Positions 36,514-46,668 are shown, counted from the first letter of the stretch. The stretch is DNA of 64,000 nt from an uncultured Candidatus Saccharibacteria bacterium (GCA_964434715.1 CAYSWC010000001.1:35037-99036); one strand, 5' to 3'. Notes: a model not told the origin generated them from the sequence alone. Numbers and translations: made by a program.

Positions 36514-37077
36514 TCACTCCGCTTTTCCGAGCGGGGCGTCGGGCGTGAACACGAGCACCTTCCCTGTCTGGAGAACCTGCTCACATTGGTAGAGATATTC
36601 CCGGTGGTTGGGAATCATCGGGGGAAGCTTGTCGAGCGGGAAGAAACGGAATAGCGGCGTTTCCGTGATTGCGCCTTCCGATTCCACGAGGAAGACGGTG
36701 GCGTTGGGGTGGCACCACGGATGCTCTGGCCAATTGAGCGACGAGATGATGCGCACCGACTTCACCGTCACGCCGAGAGAATCGCTGTGCTCCCTGAACT
36801 CCTTCTCGGTAAGAAGCTCACAGATGCTCACGGGGTCGGAAGGAAAGCCAGGCCGGAGCATGCCACCCATTACATGAAAACCGTCCCAGTGCTCATCTTT
36901 GCGGTAAGCAAGCAGATACTCAAAACAGTCATTTCTCTTCCGGTAGAACACGAGCTCGTAGAACGGCGTCGTAGTAAGACCGAAAAACTCCTCCAGGCAT
37001 TCCCGCGGAATCCATCCCCCTTCGGTTTTGAGCTTCGCGAGCAATTCCTTGAGTTGCAGAGCTTCTTCTTTTGTCAA
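36514..37077 (-). CDS. GC-richer degenerate NUDIX-fold protein
   Basis: ELVFYR..YLLAYRKD..WDGFHVMGGMLRPG....ELLTEKEF resembles a NUDIX box; FFPLDKLP; TTG start with AGGAGG. Confidence 0.62.
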   Translation of the reverse strand: MTKEEALQLKELLAKLKTEGGWIPRECLEEFFGLTTTPFYELVFYRKRNDCFEYLLAYRKDEHWDGFHVMGGMLRPGFPSDPVSICELLTEKEFREHSDSLGVTVKSVRIISSLNWPEHPWCHPNATVFLVESEGAITETPLFRFFPLDKLPPMIPNHREYLYQCEQVLQTGKVLVFTPDAPLGKAE

Positions 37078-37140
37078 AGAGCACCTCCTGTGGTTTGTTT
37101 ATGCCTAACATAGCTTATATTATAATTGATTTTCTGTCAA
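37071..37140 (-). promoter_or_regulatory. Promoter, SD and boxA overlapping the start codon (solo unit E)
   Basis: TTGACA 37140-35, 17 nt, TAAGCT 37117-12; AGGAGG 37089-84; TGCTCTTTGACAA 37083-71. Confidence 0.8.
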
Positions 37141-37152
37141 GGGGCGTTGGTC

Positions 37153-38127
37153 TCATTGAGACTGTCCCTGTAAAAAATGTTTCCTGACTAAATCAGCGAT
37201 AAAATCTTCAGTAATAGCCATGGCTTCATAAGTGGCGCCGCCGAGATGGGGAACAATGATAAGATTGTTGCTTTGCCTCGCGTATGCTATCAAGGGATTA
37301 TTCTTAAGATGACTGCCGTCGCCGGCCTCATTCCATAAAACGTCCAAGGCAACGCCGGCAAGCCATTTCTTCTTTAAGGCCTTGAGGAGCGCTTGCTCGT
37401 CAATAATTTCTCCCCGAGCAGTATTGATTAAATGAGCAGTGGGTTTCATCAGCCGAAGATGTTTTTCCCTTACCAGGTTGGTAGTCTCCGGAGTTAAGGA
37501 AGTATGGATAGAAACAATGTCGGACTTTTTAAATAAATCCTCCATACTCACCCGATGCACCCCATAGCGCTCAAAGACTTTCGGTGCCAAGTGCGGATCG
37601 CAGGCGATGACCGGCATTCCAAACGCCTTAGCATACCTCGTAACAATCTTCCCCAGCCGGCCAAAACCTAAAATACCCAAGGTTTTGCCAAGCAGTTGGT
37701 TGCCTTTAAAAAGGTTCCGGTCCCAACCGCCAGAGAGAACATGGTCAAAAGCCCAGGGCAGTTTTCGCATCGAGGCCAAGAGGAGCGTCATTGTTTTCTC
37801 GGCCGTTGAGGGAATATATTTTAAGAAACTGGTCCGGCCGCGAAGACTGATTACTTTAATGCCTCGCTTTTTTGCCTCTGCCACGTCCACGTGATTCAAA
37901 CCGGTAGTCGGCGTGGCAATAACTTTCAGATTAGGCATTTTCTCCAGCCATAATTTGTCTATCTTATAAGCCAAACGCAGTACTATCACGTTTGCCGCTC
38001 GCAGTATTCCCTCGCGTTCGGTTGTCTTTAATTCAGGCCAAAGATAAACTTTGCCCAGCGAACGATAAGTATCGAGAGCTCTTAGGGAATAATCTTGGGG
38101 TTCAGTAATTAAAGTGATTAACTTCAT
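37153..38127 (-). CDS. D-isomer-specific 2-hydroxyacid dehydrogenase
   Basis: TTGLNHVD, GFGRLG, INTARG, ALDV and PHLGGAT motifs. Confidence 0.92.
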   Translation of the reverse strand: MKLITLITEPQDYSLRALDTYRSLGKVYLWPELKTTEREGILRAANVIVLRLAYKIDKLWLEKMPNLKVIATPTTGLNHVDVAEAKKRGIKVISLRGRTSFLKYIPSTAEKTMTLLLASMRKLPWAFDHVLSGGWDRNLFKGNQLLGKTLGILGFGRLGKIVTRYAKAFGMPVIACDPHLAPKVFERYGVHRVSMEDLFKKSDIVSIHTSLTPETTNLVREKHLRLMKPTAHLINTARGEIIDEQALLKALKKKWLAGVALDVLWNEAGDGSHLKNNPLIAYARQSNNLIIVPHLGGATYEAMAITEDFIADLVRKHFLQGQSQ

Positions 38128-38861
38128 GTTGAATTTCTGCCTTCGGCGCCCAAGCGCTTTAAGGCTTTTTCTGCCGCTTGCCAGTCTTCGGGATAATCTA
38201 TATCAACTACATATTTCAAATCCATAACATAGGGTGCGGTAGTTTCTCCGTAAAAGTTTGGTTTTTCTGGGTGGAAAAGCAGATCGGTTCTGAATAAATA
38301 GATGGATCCGATACTCCAATAAGTCTTGCCCAGATCCTGCTTGCGCGGAACACGCTTATAGATAGGGCTGCCGTTCATCAGTCTCAATATTCCGTCCTCG
38401 GTTGTCATCATCGCTTTATGAGGACTGAAATGATCTGGAATTTCTGCTACGCTTAAAACCGAATCGGCGCCGGTTTTTAAGATGAGTTCTACCGCTTCTT
38501 TGATATGAAACGGCTGACGCAGCGGCGAAGTCGGCTGGAGAATCATTACATAATCTGGTTCGTAACCTTCATTATCTTTTAGCCATTTGACTGCGTGCTG
38601 CATTACTGGAAGATGCGCGGTCTTATCCTCGGCCAGTTCCTGCGGTCTCATAAAAGGAATTTCGCAGTCATATTTTTTTGCCACTTCGGCAATAGCCTCG
38701 TCGTCAGTCGATAAAATCAAGCGGTCAAGCGCGCCGGATTTTTGGGCCGCCTCAATGCTATAAGCTATCAAAGGCTTACTAAGTAACGGCTTGATATTTT
38801 TGCCCGGGATGCCTTTAGAGCCGCCCCGGGCGGTAATGACTCCTAGAATTTTAGACATCAT
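38124..38861 (-). CDS. neuA: Acylneuraminate cytidylyltransferase
   Basis: ARGGSKGIPGKN, LQPTSPLR and VDIDYPED motifs. Confidence 0.95.
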   Translation of the reverse strand: MMSKILGVITARGGSKGIPGKNIKPLLSKPLIAYSIEAAQKSGALDRLILSTDDEAIAEVAKKYDCEIPFMRPQELAEDKTAHLPVMQHAVKWLKDNEGYEPDYVMILQPTSPLRQPFHIKEAVELILKTGADSVLSVAEIPDHFSPHKAMMTTEDGILRLMNGSPIYKRVPRKQDLGKTYWSIGSIYLFRTDLLFHPEKPNFYGETTAPYVMDLKYVVDIDYPEDWQAAEKALKRLGAEGRNST

Positions 38862-40014
38862 AAAACTTTTTTTGGGAATAAAGTTTAACCTTACTTAAAA
38901 CCTCAACGATTTTTTTGCTGGTATTGGGTTTAAAGTAAATATCAGAGCTCGGATAGGAACCGTGAGCTAACTGCTGTTCTATGGCTTTTTTTATATTCGC
39001 CGGTTTGTAAACAACGTCCATGACGTTCGGGCCGCGCAGACGATGCTGTTGGCGAGTGCCGACATTAACAACCGGCACGCCTAAATAAGAACATTCTTTG
39101 ACGCCGGTTGAAGAATTACCCACCAGCACACGGGCACGCCTTAAAAGGGCGATAAAATCTTCCGGCAATATGTCGGTTACAAAATGAATCTTATTATTTC
39201 GGAGTTTTCCGTGTTCGCGGTAAATTCTAATCGCTTTAGCAATCTCATTAGTACCAGCATCGCTATTAGGCCAAAACCAGACAGTGGGCGTATTGAATTC
39301 GTCAATCACCTGAAGCAACGATTCCGCATAACGTCTGTTATTTTTCTCGGTGGTTACCGGATGGAGCATGACCATTAAAAATGGCTTACCCACATCAATG
39401 CGCATGCCCAAACCGGCGGCATTCACCGCGCTGCCATCAAGATTTTTGGGGACTAATGCCGTGAATTCGACGTCCGGCGATCCGACATTAAAAACTAATC
39501 TGGGATTCTCCCCCATCTGAATCACGCGGCGCCGGGAATCCGCATTGGTAACAAAGTGAATATGAGCGAGCTTGGTGATGGCATGACGCACGGACTCGTC
39601 AATGGTGCCGGAAAGATCTCCTCCTTCAATATGAGCAATGGTCTTATTTAAAAAGGCGGCTACCATGGCAATGGCTAGCTGTTCAGAACGATCGCCGCGA
39701 ATGATGACAATATCAGGGTTTAACTTGTATAAAGTATTGGCGAATTCAAGGGCGGTCAGTCCCGCGGTCTTGGCCATGGTCACATGATTGCCACCATCAA
39801 TGACATTAAATAATGTTTCATGAATCGGCAGACCCGATTCCTGCATGGCTCGTAAAAACCGCTCGCCGTATTTCTCTAAGAGGACCGAGCCACCGGTTAC
39901 GAGCTGGAGTTCAAGCCGAGGATGCCGATGGATTAAATTTAAGAGGTGTTTCTGGCGCGCGTAATGAATGCGGCTGGTAATCGGAAAACAAATTTTGCGC
40001 TTGATGATACTCAT
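38851..40014 (-). CDS. neuC: Hydrolysing UDP-GlcNAc 2-epimerase
   Basis: RGDR, HIEGGD.SGTIDE..RHAITKLAH, HPVT, GNSS and GTRQ motifs. Confidence 0.93.
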   Translation of the reverse strand: MSIIKRKICFPITSRIHYARQKHLLNLIHRHPRLELQLVTGGSVLLEKYGERFLRAMQESGLPIHETLFNVIDGGNHVTMAKTAGLTALEFANTLYKLNPDIVIIRGDRSEQLAIAMVAAFLNKTIAHIEGGDLSGTIDESVRHAITKLAHIHFVTNADSRRRVIQMGENPRLVFNVGSPDVEFTALVPKNLDGSAVNAAGLGMRIDVGKPFLMVMLHPVTTEKNNRRYAESLLQVIDEFNTPTVWFWPNSDAGTNEIAKAIRIYREHGKLRNNKIHFVTDILPEDFIALLRRARVLVGNSSTGVKECSYLGVPVVNVGTRQQHRLRGPNVMDVVYKPANIKKAIEQQLAHGSYPSSDIYFKPNTSKKIVEVLSKVKLYSQKKFYDV

Positions 40015-40088
40015 ATAAATCTTTTCCTTAAATATCTGATCAAAGGATTATAACCCGCGAATCACCGCTCTGGTTTTAGAATTCGCCA

Positions 40089-40535
40089 TTATTTAAACAA
40101 ATTAATCCGATAAAAATTGGTTGGCCGATTATTAAAACCTAACGCCTCGTAAAGCTTCATGGCCTCTAGGCGCTTGGAATTAGTCCGCAAACTTAGATGA
40201 CGCGCCTTTCTTACCGTGGCGAGTTTGATAACTTTCTCCATAAGCAGCCGTCCGATGCCGAAATAGCGATAAGGTTTATCCACGATCAAATCTTCTACCA
40301 CCGCATGAAGGCCGCTCGGCAGACCCACAAAGTATAAGCTCACCATACCAATGATTTTTTCGGACTCGCTCCGGGCGGTGAAAAGATAAAGGCCCGGCTG
40401 CGAGAGCATAAACTTAAACTTTTTAAGTGAGATTTTTTTAGGCCGCATCCTCGTTAGACTCATTTGAGACATTAAGTGATTGATTACTTGAAGCGCTTGG
40501 GGGTCAGCTTTTTTTAGGAGTTGAATTTTAATCAT
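40089..40535 (-). CDS. GNAT-family acyltransferase
   Basis: VEDLIVDKPYRYFGIG and LYEALGF motifs. Confidence 0.9.
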   Translation of the reverse strand: MIKIQLLKKADPQALQVINHLMSQMSLTRMRPKKISLKKFKFMLSQPGLYLFTARSESEKIIGMVSLYFVGLPSGLHAVVEDLIVDKPYRYFGIGRLLMEKVIKLATVRKARHLSLRTNSKRLEAMKLYEALGFNNRPTNFYRINLFK

Positions 40536-40566
40536 AATCAGAGAATTTTATTAGCTTTTCATTAAA

Positions 40567-41475
40567 TTATACGACTAAATCCGCGGTATCGTAACGCGGT
40601 ACAACCCAGGGTTCGTCTTGGGCGCGCACCCCGCGCCTTTCTATAGTCAAAGCGTAGCGAAAACCAGCCTCTTTAACTGCTTTTATGGCGGCCTTGCCGT
40701 AACGTCCATGGGGGTAAGAAAAAACTGTCGGCGCTTCACCCAGAAAATCGGTAAGAATTTGTTTAGAGAGTTCAATGTCCTTTTTTAATAAAACTTCATC
40801 GTCTATCGACATCGCATAGTGACCGTGGGAATGGGATCCAACCGTCATTCCAGTTGCCTTCAAATTTTTGATTTCTTCCACACCCATAAATAACTCTCGG
40901 CTTATCTTTTTCTCGTTCAAACCGTTAACCTTAAAACAATGTCTTAAAAATCGGCCGCGGATATCCTCCGGCAGGACAATGAGCGTTTCTTTAAAATTAG
41001 CCGTGGAAATATCTTCGTGTAGTCTCCTGTCAGTTAAACGCTTATCTTTGGGTATACTATATTGGATTTGCAGGTCGGGATAAAATTCCGACATGAATTT
41101 GTGGAAGAAATCAATCATTTCCTCGACGGAAAATCTGGAAAGCAGGACGTGGACCTTGTGAGCCGACGGCAGACGACCTTCTAAAACTGAAGTTATGGGG
41201 AAGAACGCCGCTGTGACTGAATGCTCCTTTAAAATCGGCAAAGCATTTTGATATTGATCTTTCAAGCCGTCGTCAAAAGTAATAGCGCAGAGTCGCGCAT
41301 CTTTATCAGTTCTGGCAGATTCAAACACTTCCGGCACCGAAGCGATGCGGTAATGCTCTCGAAGGAACCGAACCTGTTTTTCAAAAGCCGCCGGCGGACA
41401 AGGGTGAATGCCGGTTTTTAGTTCTTCCACGTAGTGATAATTTACGATGACGTATTTGTCTCTTAGAGAAAACAT
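40567..41475 (-). CDS. Polysaccharide deacetylase (CE4)
   Basis: NYHYV, TFDDG, GSHSHGH and FSYPHG motifs. Confidence 0.92.
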   Translation of the reverse strand: MFSLRDKYVIVNYHYVEELKTGIHPCPPAAFEKQVRFLREHYRIASVPEVFESARTDKDARLCAITFDDGLKDQYQNALPILKEHSVTAAFFPITSVLEGRLPSAHKVHVLLSRFSVEEMIDFFHKFMSEFYPDLQIQYSIPKDKRLTDRRLHEDISTANFKETLIVLPEDIRGRFLRHCFKVNGLNEKKISRELFMGVEEIKNLKATGMTVGSHSHGHYAMSIDDEVLLKKDIELSKQILTDFLGEAPTVFSYPHGRYGKAAIKAVKEAGFRYALTIERRGVRAQDEPWVVPRYDTADLVV

Positions 41476-42845
41476 TGTTCTAGAAAATCAACGCTCCGTT
41501 GGTACGCTAAGCCGTCCGTGTAGCCGACGTAATCAACAACAATTTTTTTTCTGCCTTCACGGTCCAAAGCTGGATTCTTAAGATACATATTGATAAATCT
41601 GGTTAGCTCTTCGTCGGTTTTAGCCACCCGAACCGCGTGAGCCTCCACAATCGGCCGATAATGATCAAAGTCATAGGCCAGAGCAAAGCGATCTAAATAG
41701 CCGATATTAATAATGGGCTTGTCAAAGATACAGGCTTCAATAGAAATAGTTGAAGCATAGTTGATATTCAAATCAGTATACTTTAAGGAATATTTAAGAT
41801 TAAGCAAATCGGCATAAGTCATTTCAATTTCTCGATCGGGCGATTGAGTCGCCTTCTCGATGCAGCAATCCGGTACCCCAAAAAAATCGGCATAATTTTC
41901 ATAAATATCCAGCGGGTGGATCCGAATAAATAAATTGACGTAGGGAATCTGATTTGATCCTCTAAGCTTGATAAGGTCACGAATGTATTTTTTTTGAAAT
42001 GGGTAGGCCTTGGTAACGGTGGTGTGAAAAATAGTTTTGTATTTTGGATTCAGGCCCTTGAAGCGCAAAAATTCTTCGCGGCTGGGCTCCCGCCCGCCAA
42101 AAAAGCGGGCGAGGCTCGCCCCGACCGCGGTCGGGGCGGCATCTATATCAGTAAAATAAGGATCAAATCTGGGCGTGCCAGAGACAAAAACACGTTCCTC
42201 CCTAAATTTATGAATATTTATGGCCTCTTGTTTGATTATTCTATTCCAAGCAATAAAATAATCGGTTTTGCGAATATGTTTGACATTCATAGTCATATTA
42301 TCAAAAGTGGCATTGACCGCTATAGTAGGGAGTCCGGCTCTCTTAGCTAAAATAATAAACTCGGCTTCCAAGGGATTGAAGCCGGGAGTGGACGTGAGCA
42401 TAAGGAGCGGCTGGTAGCGTTTACAATAATCTAAAAATTTTGGAGCGCGGGGGAGGAGAAGATATTCCAAACGGGTAAAAAAATTAGCGGTTAAAATTTT
42501 AGCCAGGGGTTTACCCAAGAACCGCAGCAGTCTTCTTTTACGATTTTCGAGATAGTTGGGTCTCTGGTACCAGTATTTAATGGATTTGAGATAATCAAAC
42601 TCATTGACCAAGCTCACGCGCAAGGTTTTAAATAAGTTCCAGAAGCGGGGATTAGTTAAATCCCACTTCTCATAGATAACATTCGGAGACTTAAAATAAT
42701 TCTCTTTCACGGCTGTCTCTTCGCTAATAAAAGGCGTAAAAACCACCAGCCTGTATTTTTGCGATAAATATTCAATATATTTAGTGCGCAGGAGGTCAGA
42801 AATAAAAACTTGATTCGGGACGATTAAAAAAATAGTTTTAGCCAT
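41463..42845 (-). CDS. GT-B protein, CDP-glycerol-glycerophosphotransferase-like (paralog 1)
   Basis: TFDNMT, SGTPRFD, RIHP and STISIEACIFDKP motifs. Confidence 0.8.
   Translation of the reverse strand: MAKTIFLIVPNQVFISDLLRTKYIEYLSQKYRLVVFTPFISEETAVKENYFKSPNVIYEKWDLTNPRFWNLFKTLRVSLVNEFDYLKSIKYWYQRPNYLENRKRRLLRFLGKPLAKILTANFFTRLEYLLLPRAPKFLDYCKRYQPLLMLTSTPGFNPLEAEFIILAKRAGLPTIAVNATFDNMTMNVKHIRKTDYFIAWNRIIKQEAINIHKFREERVFVSGTPRFDPYFTDIDAAPTAVGASLARFFGGREPSREEFLRFKGLNPKYKTIFHTTVTKAYPFQKKYIRDLIKLRGSNQIPYVNLFIRIHPLDIYENYADFFGVPDCCIEKATQSPDREIEMTYADLLNLKYSLKYTDLNINYASTISIEACIFDKPIINIGYLDRFALAYDFDHYRPIVEAHAVRVAKTDEELTRFINMYLKNPALDREGRKKIVVDYVGYTDGLAYQRSVDFLEQCFL
42091..42137. repeat. Double palindrome inserted in frame
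   Basis: cgcccgc-caaaaaa-gcgggcg and a perfect 20-mer gccccgaccgcggtcggggc; encodes APTAVGASLARFFGGR. Confidence 0.75.
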
Positions 42846-42892
42846 TCCTTTTGGACTTCAAAAGATAAACGTAATGCCTAGTCAAATGTAAG

Positions 42893-43576
42893 TTAGGTGT
42901 GGGATTCATGATTCTTCTCCAACACAAAAAAATAATGATAGTAATTTAGGGGCGGACGCACTTCTTTGACTATCTTAAAATAACCAGAAAGTATCCGGCG
43001 GAGTTTCCGCAAGGAATACCGGCCGCCATCAATTTCCCACCAGTGTTGGCCAGAGGTTTCAAAGCCACCGAATTTAAGCGGAATCCTCAAAAAAATATCA
43101 AAAAAAGATTTTTTAGCCAATGATCTAACTAAAGGGAATTTAAAAATAAATTCAAAACCAGTTGAACGATAAGGAAGGGAGATAATCACATATTTTTGGC
43201 TCACGCGCTTAAGTTCCTTAAGAACCGTCTCTAATTCTTCAAAGGGCAGGTGTTCTAAAACTTCATAAGCTGTAATTAAATCAAAGGCATTGGCCTTAAA
43301 CGGTAATTTTCTAATATCGGCCAGTTGGTCCGGCTTAAGTTCCGGATCAATATCAACCGTAGTTATCTGATAATCCAGTTTTCTTAAGTAATCGGAAACT
43401 GTCCCGTTGCCTTTGCCTACCTCAAGAATTTTAAAATCCTCATTTTTCGTATTTTCGTATTCTTTCGTATTTCGTAGCTGATTAACTAAATCTATCTGAT
43501 AAAAGTAGGAAATAAATCTATTGAGGTCGTCGTATTTTTTTTTGAAATAATGTTCTTTGTTTACTTGGGGAATCAT
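42893..43576 (-). CDS. Class I SAM-dependent methyltransferase
   Basis: ILEVGKGNG, LPFKANAFD and EVLEHLP motifs. Confidence 0.9.
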   Translation of the reverse strand: MIPQVNKEHYFKKKYDDLNRFISYFYQIDLVNQLRNTKEYENTKNEDFKILEVGKGNGTVSDYLRKLDYQITTVDIDPELKPDQLADIRKLPFKANAFDLITAYEVLEHLPFEELETVLKELKRVSQKYVIISLPYRSTGFEFIFKFPLVRSLAKKSFFDIFLRIPLKFGGFETSGQHWWEIDGGRYSLRKLRRILSGYFKIVKEVRPPLNYYHYFFVLEKNHESHT

Positions 43577-43607
43577 TGTTCGGGTCGCGGTCCAACTCTC
43601 TAAGTTA

Positions 43608-43841
43608 TTAGCGAAAAACTCCGTAGGTTTTTAATAATTTACGGATATCCCCTGCCTTCTTTATTTTAGCCATAGCCTCGATTTTTAATTTAATGTGGTA
43701 ACTTTTTTCTAAAGCGTCAACGAGTTTGACGGCATTAAAAGAATCCCAACTCGCGAGAGTCTCGGGGCTGGTGGAGTCGGTAATATCTTTTGCCCTGACT
43801 CCAAATACGCGCGCTAAAATTTGTTCAAAAGGTGGTTTCAT
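43608..43841 (-). CDS. Acyl carrier protein
   Basis: 77 aa; WDSF phosphopantetheine-serine motif. Confidence 0.88.
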   Translation of the reverse strand: MKPPFEQILARVFGVRAKDITDSTSPETLASWDSFNAVKLVDALEKSYHIKLKIEAMAKIKKAGDIRKLLKTYGVFR

Positions 43842-43843
43842 GG

Positions 43844-45538
43844 TTATTTCAATTTTAATTGTTCCGGATTCATTTCCGCATCCATGGTAGAGAGATCGCC
43901 GGCTTCCTGATTAAGTTCTTTGGCCCGCAGCACCCGACGCATTATTTTGCCGCTCCTAGTCTTGGGCAGTTTAGCCACGAATTCAATTTCGCGGGGCGCT
44001 TCGTGAACTGAAAATTGCCCCTGAACATGCTTGATAATTTCCGTTTTTAAGTCTTCGCTCGCCTCATATTCCGGCTTCAAGATGACAAAAGCCTTAACAA
44101 TACTGCCGTACAAATCGTGGGGCTTCCCGATAACACCCGCTTCGGCAACTGCCGGATGGGTGAGCAACGTGCTTTCTATTTCAAACGGACTGATCCTGCC
44201 CGCGGCGCTTTTGATCATATCATCCTCCCGTCCCTGGAACCAAAAATAGCCGTCGGCGTCTTGGTAGGCCGTATCGCCGGAAATATACCAACCTTTTTCG
44301 AAATAAGATTCAAATTTCTTCGGGTCTTTCCAAATTTCTTTCATCAGGCCCGGCCAAGGAATTTTAACAGCCAACCGGCCAACTGAACCGCGCGGTACCT
44401 CACGTCCCTGCTCGTCAATAATCGCGGCCCGGATGCCGGGAAGACATTTTCCCATTGACCCCTTGCGGATCGGGAGAGAGCGGTAGTTATTGATCAGCTG
44501 GTGGCCGTTCTCCGTCATATACCAAGAGTCGTGAATGGGAATGCCAAGATTTTCCATGGTCCAATCAATCAAGCTGGGATTAAGCGGCTCTCCGGCGCTA
44601 ACAATATGACGGAGATGGGGAAGATTTTTCCGATTAAGAGGAGCATTGTAATAACGGAGTAACCGGAAAGCCGTCGGCGTACTGTACCAAACGGTAATGC
44701 CGTTTTTTCTCATAAAATCAATCCAAGCAAGAGGATGAAAAGCCCCTTCATAGATGTGGACGGTAACCCCTAAAAGCAAAGGGGCAAAAAAATTGTAAAC
44801 CATGCCGGTCACCCAACCGGGATCGCCGCTATTCCAATATTTATCCTCCGGATGAAGATCTAAAACATACTTGGCTGTAACCAAATGGCCGATCATGGTG
44901 CGCCCCGCGAGCAGAATGCCTTTTGGCCTGGCAGTTGAGCCGGAGGTGTAATGAATAATAAAGGGCGTCTCCAAATCTCCGAAATAAATAGCGGCGGGAT
45001 CGGGGTCAAGGCTTAACGATTGATCAAGTTCTTCTTCTAAGAGTGTCACCTTCAAGGAAGGAATTTTTTTAAAGCTTACGTTGGGGAACAAATTTTTGGT
45101 TGTGAAAATCCAGCTGGCTTCACAATCTTTTAATCGATCTCTTACCGCGTCGGGGCCGAAAGCTTCAAAAATCGGCACGGCAATGGCCCCCGCTTTTATG
45201 GCTCCCAAGAGGGCCACGGCATAGGAAATGGAACGCGGCGCATAAAGCGCAAAACGTTCTCCCGGCTCTAGTCCCCGCGATTTTAAAAAAGCGGCTAGCC
45301 GGTCAGTTGCCTCGGCTAATTCGTGAAAAGTGATGCGCCGAGATCTACCGTCTGAACCGCAAGAAACAATGGCTGGATTTTGGCCGTACCGCCGAGCTTG
45401 AACATTGGTAACTTCATAAGCATAATTGACCCCTCCCGTTTTATGCCAAGAAAAATACTCGTGCCAATCAAGCCAGGAAAAATTTTTGCAGGTTTTTCCG
45501 TAATCCCTTAAATTAGGAAGCAATTTATCATTGCCCAT
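43844..45538 (-). CDS. acsA: Acetate-CoA-ligase-like adenylating enzyme
   Basis: YTSGSTARPKG, AGEPLNP, SGD, FQGREDD and LPKTRSGKIMRR motifs. Confidence 0.88.
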   Translation of the reverse strand: MGNDKLLPNLRDYGKTCKNFSWLDWHEYFSWHKTGGVNYAYEVTNVQARRYGQNPAIVSCGSDGRSRRITFHELAEATDRLAAFLKSRGLEPGERFALYAPRSISYAVALLGAIKAGAIAVPIFEAFGPDAVRDRLKDCEASWIFTTKNLFPNVSFKKIPSLKVTLLEEELDQSLSLDPDPAAIYFGDLETPFIIHYTSGSTARPKGILLAGRTMIGHLVTAKYVLDLHPEDKYWNSGDPGWVTGMVYNFFAPLLLGVTVHIYEGAFHPLAWIDFMRKNGITVWYSTPTAFRLLRYYNAPLNRKNLPHLRHIVSAGEPLNPSLIDWTMENLGIPIHDSWYMTENGHQLINNYRSLPIRKGSMGKCLPGIRAAIIDEQGREVPRGSVGRLAVKIPWPGLMKEIWKDPKKFESYFEKGWYISGDTAYQDADGYFWFQGREDDMIKSAAGRISPFEIESTLLTHPAVAEAGVIGKPHDLYGSIVKAFVILKPEYEASEDLKTEIIKHVQGQFSVHEAPREIEFVAKLPKTRSGKIMRRVLRAKELNQEAGDLSTMDAEMNPEQLKLK

Positions 45539-45540
45539 AA

Positions 45541-46593
45541 CTAAATGATATTCAAAATCTTCTTAAATTCGTGAAAGGCTTCTAAATCAGATGCCGGCTG
45601 GGGCGGGCATTTCATCAAAAAAGGACAAACTTTCCCTGCGTCTCTTTGTCGGCCGCGGTCAACTAAAAATTTTGCCATGCGGATAGCATCTACCACCACA
45701 CCGGCGCCATTGATGCTGATTTCATCTTCAATAGTAGAAGTTATAGATATCGGAACGCGTCCAAATATCTCTCCCTCTATTTTAAGATTCACCTGTTTGT
45801 GACCAGATGGTTCTCCGGTATAAAAAAACTTTACCGTTGGCTCCGCATCTTCCTTTCCCAAAAAATGTTTTAAAGCCTCCCGCTTTGATTTTTCCTTTGA
45901 TTTAGAACGATATAATAGATTAAAATGGTCGGCATTGCCGCCTCGATTCTCCTGTTCGGATTTTACCACATTGATACCCCGCATTTTTACCAACTCCAAC
46001 AAAAAACGATTAAGCATAGTCGCTCCTAATTGGCTCTTGATGTCATCGCCGAGCAATACTAAGCCTTTAGCCATAAATCGTTCGCGCCATTGGGGGATGG
46101 TTGCTAAAGGAGTTGGTATGCAATTGACAAAACTGCAATCGGCCTTAAGCGCCGCTCGAGCATACATCTGGGTTGCCCGCTCGCTGCCGGTAGGCACTAA
46201 ATTGACAACCACTTCGGCTTCGGATTCTTTAAGAATTTTGGCAACGTCCACCGCTGGAGCCCGACTCTCTTTAATGAATGAATTTCTCATTTCATCGATA
46301 ACGCCGTCAAGCGTCGGCCCTCTTGCGACTACGACCTCGTAAGGAGGGGGGTCGCTTATTTTCATAGCCACATTCGAACCGGCGAAAATCGCCTCGTGTA
46401 ATTTCCTGCCCACTTTGCGCTCATCAACATCAAAAGCCGCAACAAAATTAATATCCTGAACGCGATAGTCTCCGATTAACGGATTTATTAAACCTCTCCG
46501 CTCATTGGGATTTTTAGTGTAAAAAGCAACTCCTTCTACCAATGCTTTGGCAAAGCTTCCTACGCCGACAATAGCCACATTAATCTTTTTCAT
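45541..46593 (-). CDS. myo-Inositol-1-phosphate synthase family protein (divergent)
   Basis: VAIVGVG, FVAAFDVD..KVG, GPTLDG, GDDIKSQLGAT and AGVVVDAIR motifs. Confidence 0.88.
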   Translation of the reverse strand: MKKINVAIVGVGSFAKALVEGVAFYTKNPNERRGLINPLIGDYRVQDINFVAAFDVDERKVGRKLHEAIFAGSNVAMKISDPPPYEVVVARGPTLDGVIDEMRNSFIKESRAPAVDVAKILKESEAEVVVNLVPTGSERATQMYARAALKADCSFVNCIPTPLATIPQWRERFMAKGLVLLGDDIKSQLGATMLNRFLLELVKMRGINVVKSEQENRGGNADHFNLLYRSKSKEKSKREALKHFLGKEDAEPTVKFFYTGEPSGHKQVNLKIEGEIFGRVPISITSTIEDEISINGAGVVVDAIRMAKFLVDRGRQRDAGKVCPFLMKCPPQPASDLEAFHEFKKILNII

Positions 46594-46668
46594 AAAACCA
46601 GTTTATATTATTTATATAGAAACGGTCAAAAATTCAATTTTGTTTTAGACCCTTAATAAGCCCTAACC

